Shown here: positions 1-9,075 of the stretch, in pieces
Position numbering within the stretch: the first letter of the stretch is position 1
Layout: the number at the start of each line of letters is the position of its first letter
Origin: a virus
Lineage: Duplodnaviria > Caudoviricetes
Strand: one strand, 5' to 3'
Virus record (IMG/VR): IMGVR_UViG_3300020576_002081
Location: 1-64,000 of that record
Length of the DNA stretch: 64,000 nucleotides
The notes under the pieces: generated by a model
Told to the model about the DNA's origin: nothing
Seen by the model: only the letters and a program-made list of their open reading frames with translations
Database searches by the model: none
Made by a program: the position numbers and the translations under genes

Positions 1-7
1 TATCCGT

Positions 8-382
8 TTGGAACAAAAAATCGTTGATATGAAATCAGCGGTTGCATCAGTAAAAACAATTTCAGCTTTAAAAACCATGCGCGCTTCTGATTTCGAAATC
101 GTTAAATCAGAATTAACTACTGGTACACAAATTAGCGGTAAAATTATCCGCAAAGAAACAGTTGATGCTAAAATCCATTTGAATGGAGAAAAAAGCGGAT
201 ATACTGTAAAAAAAGCTGGTAAAGAAGAAGATGCTCCTATTTGTATATCAAATGGTTTACCGATCTATCAAGCAACTGAATTCACTGAGGATGAAAATGC
301 TCAGGATATCCTTGTAGCTCACACTAATGGTGCTGAGATTAAAGCATATCAAGAAGCTCGTAAAATAGCTTTAAACGCATAA
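8..382 (+). CDS. Hypothetical phage protein, probably 5'-truncated by the window edge
   Basis: The frame is open to the window start and the ORF-track start is a TTG. No recognised catalytic motif. Confidence 0.7.
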   Translation: MEQKIVDMKSAVASVKTISALKTMRASDFEIVKSELTTGTQISGKIIRKETVDAKIHLNGEKSGYTVKKAGKEEDAPICISNGLPIYQATEFTEDENAQDILVAHTNGAEIKAYQEARKIALNA

Positions 383-395
383 TAAATAAAAAATG

Positions 396-421
396 AGCCT
401 GGGAGTAATCCTGGGCTTTTT
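396..421 (+). terminator. Rho-independent terminator
   Basis: AGCCTGGGA-GTAA-TCCTGGGCT stem (2 G.U pairs, GNRA loop) followed by a T-run that ends at the tRNA-Thr 5' end. Confidence 0.7.
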
Positions 422-494
422 GCTTTCTTAGCTCAGCTGGTAGAGCACCTGATTTGTAATCAGACGGTCACAAGTTCGATTCTTGTAGAAAGCT
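422..494 (+). tRNA. tRNA-Thr(UGU)
   Basis: Cloverleaf: acceptor GCTTTCT/AGAAAGC, D-arm GCTC/GAGC, anticodon loop TT-TGT-AA, T-arm ACAAG-TTCGATT-CTTGT. No encoded CCA. Confidence 0.95.
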
Positions 495-516
495 CAACAA
501 TTTAAAAATTTAAAAC

Positions 517-795
517 ATGAAAATAAGAACAATTAAAGAATTATTAGAATTAATACTAAATTATCCTCAGCATTTTATAGGTGGTTTATGTATTTGGATA
601 AGTAATTTATATATTATAAATATAATTAATCTAGATGAAAGAAATTTATTACTAAAATATGTTGAAAATAATAAACCATCCGTATTACATAAATTTATTT
701 ACGCAGAAGGTAATTTTTGGTGGAAATATAATAAAATTGAACCACGTATCAAATGGATTAAAAAACATATTAAATTAGTTAAATCTAAATCGTAA
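517..795 (+). CDS. Hypothetical protein (92 aa)
   Basis: ORF with an A-rich start context; no motif. Confidence 0.7.
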   Translation: MKIRTIKELLELILNYPQHFIGGLCIWISNLYIINIINLDERNLLLKYVENNKPSVLHKFIYAEGNFWWKYNKIEPRIKWIKKHIKLVKSKS

Positions 796-802
796 AAGGA
801 TT

Positions 803-1203
803 GGGGCCGCCAGGAATGACCCTTATTGTATAATTAATAACAAGCAAGTAGTGAGATGTAATCTATCACTTTAATACATGGTTATGAGTCTTAATCGACA
901 AAGTGTTAATCACCAACGAAGTAGGGTCACGTGCAGACGTCCTTGCAGTTGTAAAAAATGCTTCTGCAAAAGTGATTCAGTTCACAACAGCTCCTAAAGC
1001 TGTAGAGTTAGAGTTAGCAGCCTAATTTAGGGAGAGTTCCAAATCTGTTTGTCTATTAGAACTATAAAAATATTAGAGATAAACTAAGTCTGTTAGGGGT
1101 AACTCCTTAAGATAGTCTGTATTAGACGATAAACTTATACTAAACTTGTAGAAAATTATTAATAAGGATAAGGGATACAAGGGTTCGACTCCCTTCGGCT
1201 CCA
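803..1203 (+). ncRNA. ssrA: tmRNA (transfer-messenger RNA)
   Basis: 5' GGGGCCG pairs with 3' CGGCTCC-A, including the G3.U70 Ala identity pair. T-arm AAGGG-TTCGACT-CCCTT. Helix-2 arms CCTTATTG/TAATAAGG. Internal open frame 888-1025 ends ...VELELAA-TAA. Confidence 0.93.
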
Positions 1204-1208
1204 CAAAA

Positions 1209-1288
1209 GTATAAAGTAAACAGACTGCAATTAAGTTTTTGGTTACCTTAATTCCTGCATATTGTTAAAAGTAGTCATATCTTTATAC
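1209..1288 (+). other. Putative structured RNA element (nested stems)
   Basis: GTATAAAG/CTTTATAC outer stem, GACTGC/GTAGTC middle stem, AATTAAG/CTTAATT inner stem. Confidence 0.4.
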
Positions 1289-1319
1289 ACTTATTACAAC
1301 AACACAACGGACAAAAATT

Positions 1320-1706
1320 ATGTATAATGGAACAGAATGTGTTATTTGGGAAGGTCCAACAATAACAACACATAAAATTACTTATGGAAGACTTAAAGGT
1401 AAGAAACTTATTCTTGCTCATAGGATTTCCTATCAAAAACAATATGGACCAATCCCAGAAAATTTAGTTATAGACCATTTGTGTAGAAATGGCTTGTGTA
1501 TAAATCCATATCATTTAGAAGCTATATCTAATAAAGAGAATATTTTAAGAGGAGAAGGAGCATGTGCTAAAAATGCTAGATTAACACATTGTAAAAATGG
1601 ACATGAATTCAATGATGAAAATACCAGAATAAGAATAACTGGTAAGATTCGCAGAAGAATTTGTAAAGTGTGTGAAAGAGAATATAATAAAAATAGAGGT
1701 GGTTGA
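1320..1706 (+). CDS. Free-standing HNH homing endonuclease (HNH_3-like) with C-terminal Cys/His module
   Basis: AHRISY...GPIPENLVIDHLCRNGLCINPYHLEAISNKENILRG followed by THCKNGHEF...CKVC. Confidence 0.9.
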   Translation: MYNGTECVIWEGPTITTHKITYGRLKGKKLILAHRISYQKQYGPIPENLVIDHLCRNGLCINPYHLEAISNKENILRGEGACAKNARLTHCKNGHEFNDENTRIRITGKIRRRICKVCEREYNKNRGG

Positions 1707-1729
1707 CCAGTTGTTGTATCTTATTACCA

Positions 1730-1771
1730 AATAAAAGACCAGTTAGGCTGATGGCAAACCTGGTTTTTATT
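1730..1771 (+). terminator. Long hairpin, terminator-like or tRNA leader
   Basis: AATAAAAGACCAG...CTGGTTTTTATT stem (one bulge), ending 4 nt before tRNA-Arg. Confidence 0.45.
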
Positions 1772-1775
1772 AAAC

Positions 1776-1847
1776 AGTCCTATAGTTCAACGGATAGAAC
1801 AGTAGGTTTCTAACCTTCTAATTCCAGTTCGATTCTGGGTGGGACTA
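1776..1847 (+). tRNA. tRNA-Arg(UCU)
   Basis: Acceptor AGTCCTA/TGGGACT, D-arm GTTC/GAAC, anticodon stem GTAGG/CCTTC with loop TT-TCT-AA, T-loop TTCGATT. No encoded CCA. Confidence 0.92.
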
Positions 1848-1871
1848 CAATTAACATTAAATAATTAAAAA

Positions 1872-2363
1872 ATGAAAAGTTTTCAAATAAAAACAAAGTT
1901 AGATAATATTAAATATATTAATTTTTATAGAAGAAATTTTAATGATCTGTCAACTCGTAGTAGAGCTAATTTAAATTCTTTTGAAATATATATTTATTAT
2001 AAAAGATTGAAATTATTATTATCATCTGATTTTAATGATAATAATTTAGAATATATATCATTAAATGATTTTAAAAATTTTTGTTTTCAATGTTTTATTG
2101 AAAAATATCCTAATGAAAAGTATTATAATGTTACATGTAAAGACTTTGAAAATGTTATAGATGCTTCTTTTGATGGATATTTAGATATTGACCATGTAAA
2201 AAATTTATTACCTTGGTCGAAAACTAATGTTCAAAGTACAGAAATTAAACCATTACCTTCTTATAATATAAATCAAATAAGAGATATTCTCATTAATGAT
2301 AAATATGATAAAGAAGATGTTGAAGATATAATTAAAACAATTCAAAACCATGAAACTTCTTGA
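1872..2363 (+). CDS. Hypothetical protein (163 aa)
   Basis: ORF; C-terminal helix motif shared with 3317..4117. Confidence 0.75.
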   Translation: MKSFQIKTKLDNIKYINFYRRNFNDLSTRSRANLNSFEIYIYYKRLKLLLSSDFNDNNLEYISLNDFKNFCFQCFIEKYPNEKYYNVTCKDFENVIDASFDGYLDIDHVKNLLPWSKTNVQSTEIKPLPSYNINQIRDILINDKYDKEDVEDIIKTIQNHETS

Positions 2364-2604
2364 AATAATTAAACCTTTTGTATTTAAACGTACAAATGAA
2401 GTAAAAATAATTAAAATATATTATATATATTTATTATACTATGAATACAAGATATATAAAAAATTTACAATATTATCTTTTATTAGTTTTTATTTTAAAA
2501 CTGATACATTTGATTCATTAAGTAAAAGTAGTATAAATCAATACAATTCTATATTAATGAATGGTGAATTAACAATTAAAGAAATTTATAAAATTAAAAA
2601 TTAA
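2350..2604 (+). CDS. Hypothetical protein (84 aa)
   Basis: ORF overlapping the upstream gene end, as in a coupled operon. Confidence 0.55.
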   Translation: MKLLEIIKPFVFKRTNEVKIIKIYYIYLLYYEYKIYKKFTILSFISFYFKTDTFDSLSKSSINQYNSILMNGELTIKEIYKIKN

Positions 2605-2694
2605 AAACAAAGGAATTGATATAGAATATCCTAATTTTAATAAAAAAGCCAGTATTACGGCTTCTGAAATATTACCTTTTGTTTTACTATTCAT
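2569..2694 (-). pseudogene. Truncated PD-(D/E)XK homing-endonuclease remnant (PDDEXK_5-like N-terminus)
   Basis: Manual translation: MNSKTKGNISEAVILAFLLKLGYSISIP, then unrelated sequence and a stop after 41 aa. The catalytic D...xQxK part is missing. Not in the ORF track. Confidence 0.7.
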
Positions 2695-2698
2695 GATA

Positions 2699-2730
2699 CA
2701 AAGATACAAAAAATATTTTATATTACCAAA
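2699..2730 (-). promoter_or_regulatory. Bacteroidota sigma70-type promoter (-33 TTTG / -7 TAnnTTTG)
   Basis: Minus strand TTTG-N20-TATCTTTG, 4 nt before the ATG at 2694. Confidence 0.75.
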
Positions 2731-2785
2731 AATTTATTAAATAAAATCCATCTCCCGCTACAAAACAAATTTAAAAATTAAAAAT

Positions 2786-3025
2786 ATGAAATTATTTATA
2801 ACAAATTTATGCGTAACTATTATTTTATACTTTATAGTATATTTTATAAAATCATTTATTATTTGGGATTTTACAAATCCTTTTCAGTGGATTATTGATA
2901 TTCCAACTTATGAAGATGGAGATCGTTTCTTAATATTATTTTGCATAATATTATGGCAAACTTTTCAAATACTTATTATTACACCATTAATTAATACTAA
3001 AAAAGAAATAAAATGGGAAAATTAA
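2786..3025 (+). CDS. Small membrane protein (2 predicted TM helices)
   Basis: Two hydrophobic stretches. Confidence 0.7.
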   Translation: MKLFITNLCVTIILYFIVYFIKSFIIWDFTNPFQWIIDIPTYEDGDRFLILFCIILWQTFQILIITPLINTKKEIKWEN

Positions 3026-3288
3026 AACCTATAGATTACCAGAATATTAGAGAAGCTTACGAAAAAAAGACTGAAGAATATTCTAAACATACTCCAGAAG
3101 AGTTAAAAGCTATTTGGGAAGAATCTCAAAAAGATAAGAAAAAACGTATTGGAGGAATATATAAAAAAGCCTTCTTAGATGTTTTATCTAAAAAACTTAA
3201 AGAACAACAATTAGCTAATTTACCTAAAATTGAAGAACCTGCACAGGAATCTTTAGAAAACATTAATCCAAATAATTCAACAACTTAA
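3013..3288 (+). CDS. Hypothetical protein (91 aa)
   Basis: Charged helical ORF overlapping the upstream stop. Confidence 0.75.
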   Translation: MGKLKPIDYQNIREAYEKKTEEYSKHTPEELKAIWEESQKDKKKRIGGIYKKAFLDVLSKKLKEQQLANLPKIEEPAQESLENINPNNSTT

Positions 3289-3316
3289 TTTTAAACCATT
3301 ACATTCTAAAAAGAGT

Positions 3317-4117
3317 GTGATGGTTTTATTTAAATACCGATTTATGAAAAAATTTATAATTGCAAAAAAAATAGGAGCAGGTAGCCATTATTTTATTTCA
3401 GATACTGAAGCTTTCAATCATGCTGATAAAGATATATCATATTATCTTTTAAAATTAAATTATTCACAGTATAATGTGGGGGTTTATAATATTAGTGTAG
3501 AAAGTCAAAATCTTATTGACTTACCTAGCTTTCAACAACATTTTAATTCTAGATTTATATATAATGAAGAATTAATTAAAGATACTAATAATTTATTAAA
3601 TTCTATTAATTTTAGTTCTACTTTTACAGATTCAGAAATTATTGATATTTTAGCTCATGATATTATTTCTTATCCTAATAAATTTAATGAACTAATTACA
3701 TTATTTAATAAAAAATCATATGATATAAATACATATGAAGGTCGAAATGAAAATTCTGATGTATTTAGTCATTATTTAAAAATTCATTGGTCAAGAGGTA
3801 GTGGTCTTTCTAAGAATAAAATTAATGAATATATTAGCTTTTTTTATCAGTATTATTCTAATTTTTATAGCATAATTAAATATCAACAAAATATATTAGT
3901 TATAAATACAATTTTAAATAATCCTATATCAGAAAAATATAATGATATTAATGGTGTTGATAAAAATAAAGAATCAGTTAAAAGTGAAAACATTACATTT
4001 AAGAATATTAAACAAATATTATACGATAAATTTGATAGGGATGATATAAAAGAAATAGTTGATTGCTTAGAAAAAGAACTAAGTAAGTACGAAAATAAAG
4101 TTGGCGAAACAAAATAG
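3317..4117 (+). CDS. Hypothetical protein (start probably the downstream ATG, MKKFII)
   Basis: Long ORF; C-terminal motif shared with 1872..2363. Confidence 0.75.
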   Translation: MMVLFKYRFMKKFIIAKKIGAGSHYFISDTEAFNHADKDISYYLLKLNYSQYNVGVYNISVESQNLIDLPSFQQHFNSRFIYNEELIKDTNNLLNSINFSSTFTDSEIIDILAHDIISYPNKFNELITLFNKKSYDINTYEGRNENSDVFSHYLKIHWSRGSGLSKNKINEYISFFYQYYSNFYSIIKYQQNILVINTILNNPISEKYNDINGVDKNKESVKSENITFKNIKQILYDKFDRDDIKEIVDCLEKELSKYENKVGETK

Positions 4118-5249
4118 AAATCTTTGGGTATATGATATTGAAACATTAAAATCATGTTTTACATATACTGGTTTAAATGTAGATACCCAAGAAGTAGTAC
4201 AATTTGTATTACATGAAAAAGTTAATAATCTAGACTCATTAATGAATCATTTGAATACTTGTAAAGGTCAAATAGGTTTTAATAATGTAAATTTTGATTA
4301 TCCTATAATTCATAGGTTAATGAATAATTATAAAAATGGTTATTTTAAGAACGTTCCTGCAGAAGATATTGTAAGATTAATTTATGATGATGCTCAACGT
4401 TTAATTGAAGAACAGAATTTAAAAACAGGATTTAATAGTATTATATCAATATCCTTAAATGAAGTATTAATACCACAATTAGATTTATACAAAATATGGC
4501 ACTATAACAATAAAGCAAGGTCTACAAGCTTAAAAGCTTTAGAAATAAGCATGAATTTTCATAATGTTATGGAAATGTCTATTGGTCATGACCAAGAAAA
4601 CATACCTCATGAAGCTGTAGAATCAATATTAGAGTACAATTTGAATGATGTTTTAGCAACTTTTGAATTTTACAAAAGGTCTATTGAAAAAATAAACTTA
4701 AGGAAATCTTTGAGTGAAAAATTCAATATACCTTGTTTAAATTGGTCTGATAGTAAAATAGGTGAACAATTGATTTTAAAGCTTTATTGTGATAAAACTG
4801 GTAGTAAGCCTTATGAAGTTAAAAAACTACGCTCAAATCGCTCAAAAATAGCTTTAAATGATGTTATATTACCTAACATTCATTTTGAATCATCAAATTT
4901 CCAAAAAGTATTAAATTATTTTAAATCTAAAGAAATAACTGAAACTAAAGGTAGTATAGAATACTCTGTTTTACATAAAGGTTTTAAGTATGATTATGGT
5001 ACAGGTGGAATACATGGATGTATTAAATCTGGAATTTATGAATCAGATGATGATTATGTGATTATTGATGCGGATGTGGCCAGCCTATATCCCAGTTTAG
5101 CTATAACTAATAACTTTTACATAGACCATTTAGGTCAAGAATTTGTAAATGTATATCAAGAAATAATTAATTTACGTTTAAAAGCTAAATCTGAAGGCAA
5201 TTCCGTATTATCTGATGGATTTAAATTAGCTGCTAATAGCGTTTATGGT
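4101..5249 (+). CDS. polB: Family B DNA polymerase, exon 1 (3'-5' exonuclease plus motifs A and B)
   Basis: YDIET (ExoI), FNNVNFD (ExoII), YNLND (ExoIII), DADVASLYPS (motif A), KLAANSVYG (motif B) at the exon end. Confidence 0.93.
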
Positions 5250-5622
5250 TGAAAAATAATTAAAAATAAATTTGCATAATAAAAGCTTATATTTTAGTTA
5301 TAAGCCACTTCATCAAGTAATTGATGCTGAAAAATTGGATAAATTCGGTGAAACTCCAGAAATGGACAATACCGAGCCAACTATTAATTTAAATAATTAA
5401 TAAAGGTGTAACGACTAGATATTGAAACTAAATAATAAAAGGCATTGGTCAAATCCAATCTCATGTAGTATAACTCGAAGTACAGTTATTATTTAGAATA
5501 TAATATATCCACGAACATCCAACATCCTATAGTCTTTAGGATGAAGATATAGTCTGAACTGCAACTATAATAATGTGAAATTGCAGAATTATAAGATAAA
5601 GAGCTTATAAGATAACAAATTG
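5250..5622 (+). mobile_element. Group I intron without ORF (373 nt) in polB
   Basis: Exon ends in U, intron ends in G. Core AATTCGGTGAAACTCC...ATACCGAG, AACGACTAG...GATATAGTCTGAAC. Splicing restores SVYG|KSND in frame. Confidence 0.92.
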
Positions 5623-6393
5623 AAATCTAACGATATTAATAGCTTTTTATATGATCCACAATTTACAATGGCTATTACAGTTAATGGTCAATTATTATTA
5701 AGCATGTTGGCTGATTGGATTACTGATAGTATTGAAGACTTAACTGTTTTACAAATTAATACTGATGGTATAACTGTTAGAATTAATAAAAAATACGTTG
5801 ATTCTTATTACAAAATCTGTAAAGAATGGCAAAATGCTACTAAATTAACTTTAGAATATGTTGAATATTCTAAAATGATAATAGGTGATGTTAATAATTA
5901 TATTGCTGTAACAACTAATAGTAAGATTAAATCTAAAGGTAGATTTGAAGTTAATAAAGTAGTTGGTTCAGAACCTGCTTATCATAAAGATAATTCGTTT
6001 AGAATCGTTCCTTTAGCTTTACAAGAATATTTTGTTAATTGTGTACCTGTTGAAAAAACAATAGCTGAACATACTAATATATATGATTTTTGTGGTAGAC
6101 AAAAGTTTAGAGGTAAAGATTATGGTGCTATAAGATTTATTAATGAAGATAAGATAATTGAAGAAAAACAACAAAAAAACGTTAGATATTACATATCTAA
6201 TAAAGGGTTTAGTTTCATAAAACATTATGAAAAAGGAACTCAAGAAATAATTAATAAAGGATTTCAAGTAATAATATTTAATAAGTTTATTGGAAAAGAG
6301 ATTGATGAGTATAATATAAATTATGATTTTTATATTAAAGAATGTTATAAAGAGATAAATATGATAATAAATAAACAATTAAGTATGTTTTAA
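5623..6393 (+). CDS. polB: Family B DNA polymerase, exon 2
   Basis: GQLLL and INTDG (motif C), VNNY, KGRF. In frame with exon 1 after splicing. Confidence 0.93.
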   Translation, partial: KSNDINSFLYDPQFTMAITVNGQLLLSMLADWITDSIEDLTVLQINTDGITVRINKKYVDSYYKICKEWQNATKLTLEYVEYSKMIIGDVNNYIAVTTNSKIKSKGRFEVNKVVGSEPAYHKDNSFRIVPLALQEYFVNCVPVEKTIAEHTNIYDFCGRQKFRGKDYGAIRFINEDKIIEEKQQKNVRYYISNKGFSFIKHYEKGTQEIINKGFQVIIFNKFIGKEIDEYNINYDFYIKECYKEINMIINKQLSMF

Positions 6394-7541
6394 TGGCAAC
6401 GTCGTATATAGAACCAGATCCTTTCGCAAAGTATATGAGAGTAAAAAAACTCGTGGGTTTTGAATATGAACCAATAGTTGATGCTAAAGAGGATAAAGAA
6501 AAAATAGAAAATAAAAAATTAATTAAAGATTTTATAAGTGATTTTAAAAAATATGAACTTACTTTTGGTGAATTAAACTATGAATCTAAACCACTTAGTA
6601 AAAGAAAAAGATTTCCAAGAAATACTACAAGAATTCCTGAATCAGGATTAAGGTTTTCTCAAATTTATTATGGTTATGATGGTAATAAACTTTCTACAGA
6701 TAAAAATGAAATTCAAGAAACAATTTTAGGTATACAATTTCTTGCTAAAAATAATTATTATGTTTTAAAATTAGAACCTAAAAGTTTTGATGATAATAGT
6801 TATAGATATAATTTTGTATCTAAAATTAAACGTCCTGTTATAGGTAATGCAATATCTATAACAGGTAATAGTAGTATTACAAGAGTTATTGAAAAATATT
6901 ATTTTGTTAAAATTAAAAATTACAAATTATCATCTAAATTATTTAGCTATTCTTCAATCAAGAAGTCTATGTTCATAAGTAATTCTTTTGATGAAACTTA
7001 TGAACAAGTTAAAAGAGATAATCAATCTCTTACTGAACAACAAGTTTTAGATTTAGCTCATAAAGCTAAACGAAAAAAATATGTAATTAACAAAATACAT
7101 TTTAATCATCTTTGTAAAAAGGATAATATTATTAGAGATGTTGTTGAAATTTTAGATAAAGAATCTGGTAGAAATGTTAAGTTTGCTTTTGAAGATGTTG
7201 AGTTTATTAAACCTGATTTTGATAGTTTAAGTAAATGTGTAAATCCTCCTAAGAAAAAAGAAAAAATTGATATTGGTACTTTAGTAACTATTAAAAATGT
7301 AAAACAATCATTAGCTAAAACAGATTATGTATATACTGTTAAAGAATTATTAAAGACTGATGATGAAGGATTAATCAGATTGGCTGTGATTTATGATGAA
7401 GATTTGAAAAAATTAATAACTGTTAAATTTAAAAATTTAAAAAAATATGACCCTCCTAAAAAGAAAGCCGTTAAATCAAAAAAAGATGTTGAAAAACTCT
7501 CAGAAGATTTCATCACAGATGGTTCAGGACTTCCGTGGTAA
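6393..7541 (+). CDS. Hypothetical protein (382 aa, basic)
   Basis: Long ORF coupled to the polB stop (TAATG). Confidence 0.8.
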   Translation: MATSYIEPDPFAKYMRVKKLVGFEYEPIVDAKEDKEKIENKKLIKDFISDFKKYELTFGELNYESKPLSKRKRFPRNTTRIPESGLRFSQIYYGYDGNKLSTDKNEIQETILGIQFLAKNNYYVLKLEPKSFDDNSYRYNFVSKIKRPVIGNAISITGNSSITRVIEKYYFVKIKNYKLSSKLFSYSSIKKSMFISNSFDETYEQVKRDNQSLTEQQVLDLAHKAKRKKYVINKIHFNHLCKKDNIIRDVVEILDKESGRNVKFAFEDVEFIKPDFDSLSKCVNPPKKKEKIDIGTLVTIKNVKQSLAKTDYVYTVKELLKTDDEGLIRLAVIYDEDLKKLITVKFKNLKKYDPPKKKAVKSKKDVEKLSEDFITDGSGLPW

Positions 7542-8403
7542 TTCAATTAAAAAAAGTAAAATAACTAGATTTAGAACACTTGTTTTAACAAGACATCCTA
7601 GTCATTTCCCTTTACGTGAAAGATTACCTTTATTACCTTTTAGAAGTATAGTTAGATTAGGTAGTACTACTGTTAGAAATGATAAACAACGTGTTGAATG
7701 TAATAGTGTACAATCAGTTAAAAATAGTTCTAGTAAACTTCTAATGAAACAATGTTTTACTAAAGCAGGAGTTAAAACTGCTGATTGGTTTACATATGCA
7801 GGCGGTGGATTTGTCCAACACACTAATGGTATGATTAACAGAGGAATTATGACTGCTGATTTACCATACCCAATCATCTGTAAATCATTACATGGTTCAC
7901 GTGGGGAAGGTAATTCATTAGTTAAAAATCAACAAGAATTAGAAGCATGGATGAGAGGTAAAACACTTAGTAATTATATATTTGAAAAATATTATAGTTA
8001 TACTAGAGAATATCGTTTACATGTAACCAAAGATGGTTGTTTTTACACTTGTCGTAAAATGTTAAAACGTGATACTCCAGAAGATAAAAAGTTTCAAAGA
8101 CATGATGATAATTGTGTTTGGCTTATGGAAAATAATCCAGATTTTGACAAACCTGTTAATTGGAATGATATTGTCAAAGATTGTGTTAGATCTTTACACT
8201 CTTTAGGTTTAGATATAGCTGGATTTGATGTTAAAGTTCAATCTGCTAGAGATGCTAAAGGTAATTTAAGAAATATTTGTGAATGGATTGTAATTGAAAG
8301 TTGTTCAGCACCATCATTTGGTGAAACAACTCTGGAAAAATATCTTTTAGAAATACCTAAAGTTTTAAACAACAAATGGAAAATGAACCAAGCGCGAGTA
8401 TAA
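7519..8403 (+). CDS. ATP-grasp ligase (RimK/phiEco32-like)
   Basis: PIICKSLHGSRGEGNSLV, FEKYY..TREYRLHV, DIAGFDV, VIESCSAPS. Likely ATG at 7519 rather than the ORF-track start 7447. Confidence 0.85.
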   Translation: MVQDFRGNSIKKSKITRFRTLVLTRHPSHFPLRERLPLLPFRSIVRLGSTTVRNDKQRVECNSVQSVKNSSSKLLMKQCFTKAGVKTADWFTYAGGGFVQHTNGMINRGIMTADLPYPIICKSLHGSRGEGNSLVKNQQELEAWMRGKTLSNYIFEKYYSYTREYRLHVTKDGCFYTCRKMLKRDTPEDKKFQRHDDNCVWLMENNPDFDKPVNWNDIVKDCVRSLHSLGLDIAGFDVKVQSARDAKGNLRNICEWIVIESCSAPSFGETTLEKYLLEIPKVLNNKWKMNQARV

Positions 8404-9074
8404 GCCATTATACCATAGATGAACTACTTAATGATGGTAAAAAATCAAAAAAAGAAGTAATTGATTATGAAGATAAATCATTAAAAGAGTTGAATAATAT
8501 GCTTAAAAATAGATATTATATAAGAGCATTTGCTTATAAACCTATTGCTGATGATTTAAAAAGCATAATTGAAACATACTATAATAAATTTATGAATGAT
8601 TATCTTAAAGATAAACTTTTTAAAGATGATTATATTTTGTATTTTAATACAAAAGTTAGATCTGGAGAAGATAAACTATCTCATTTTTTAGACTTAGTGT
8701 TTGAGATTAATCTTTCAAAAAGTCCTATGAATAAAGATCAAAAAATTAATTTATTTAGCAGAGATATAGTATGTTCTATTGATTTTAGAATTACAGAGCT
8801 TTTTGGTAATTGTTCTACAGCAGTATTTAATAATTTAACAATAAGTCAAACTTTACAACATAATGTAATATCATTATTTGCTGAAGCAAATTTAAAGTTT
8901 GTTATAGACTTGTGTAAAATTACTAATTATAGTAATTTATTATATACAGTTAGTAGTGAACATGTAACTAATAAAATATTAGAAGAAAAATTGATTTTAG
9001 AAGATTTTAAAAATATAGATTCGTTTAAAAATAAAAGAGGTGGTGATATAAAATTCTATTCTAAAATAATATAA
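8376..9074 (+). CDS. Hypothetical protein, paralog family with 28757 and 34563 (possible GNAT-like fold)
   Basis: DFRITELFGNCS...FKNKRGGDIKFY pattern. Confidence 0.7.
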   Translation: MENEPSASISHYTIDELLNDGKKSKKEVIDYEDKSLKELNNMLKNRYYIRAFAYKPIADDLKSIIETYYNKFMNDYLKDKLFKDDYILYFNTKVRSGEDKLSHFLDLVFEINLSKSPMNKDQKINLFSRDIVCSIDFRITELFGNCSTAVFNNLTISQTLQHNVISLFAEANLKFVIDLCKITNYSNLLYTVSSEHVTNKILEEKLILEDFKNIDSFKNKRGGDIKFYSKII

Positions 9075-9075
9075 T

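Noticed and set aside
1802-1818. tRNA at 1776 read as an amber suppressor (CTA in the loop)
   Set aside because: The stem register GTAGG/CCTTC gives a 7-nt loop TT-TCT-AA, so the anticodon is UCU (Arg).
495-1870. Theta/HDV-like or hammerhead ribozymes behind the tRNAs and tmRNA
   Set aside because: The tRNA trailers are short and AT-rich; CTGATGGCAAAC at 1748-1759 lacks the hammerhead stem II and GAAA core.
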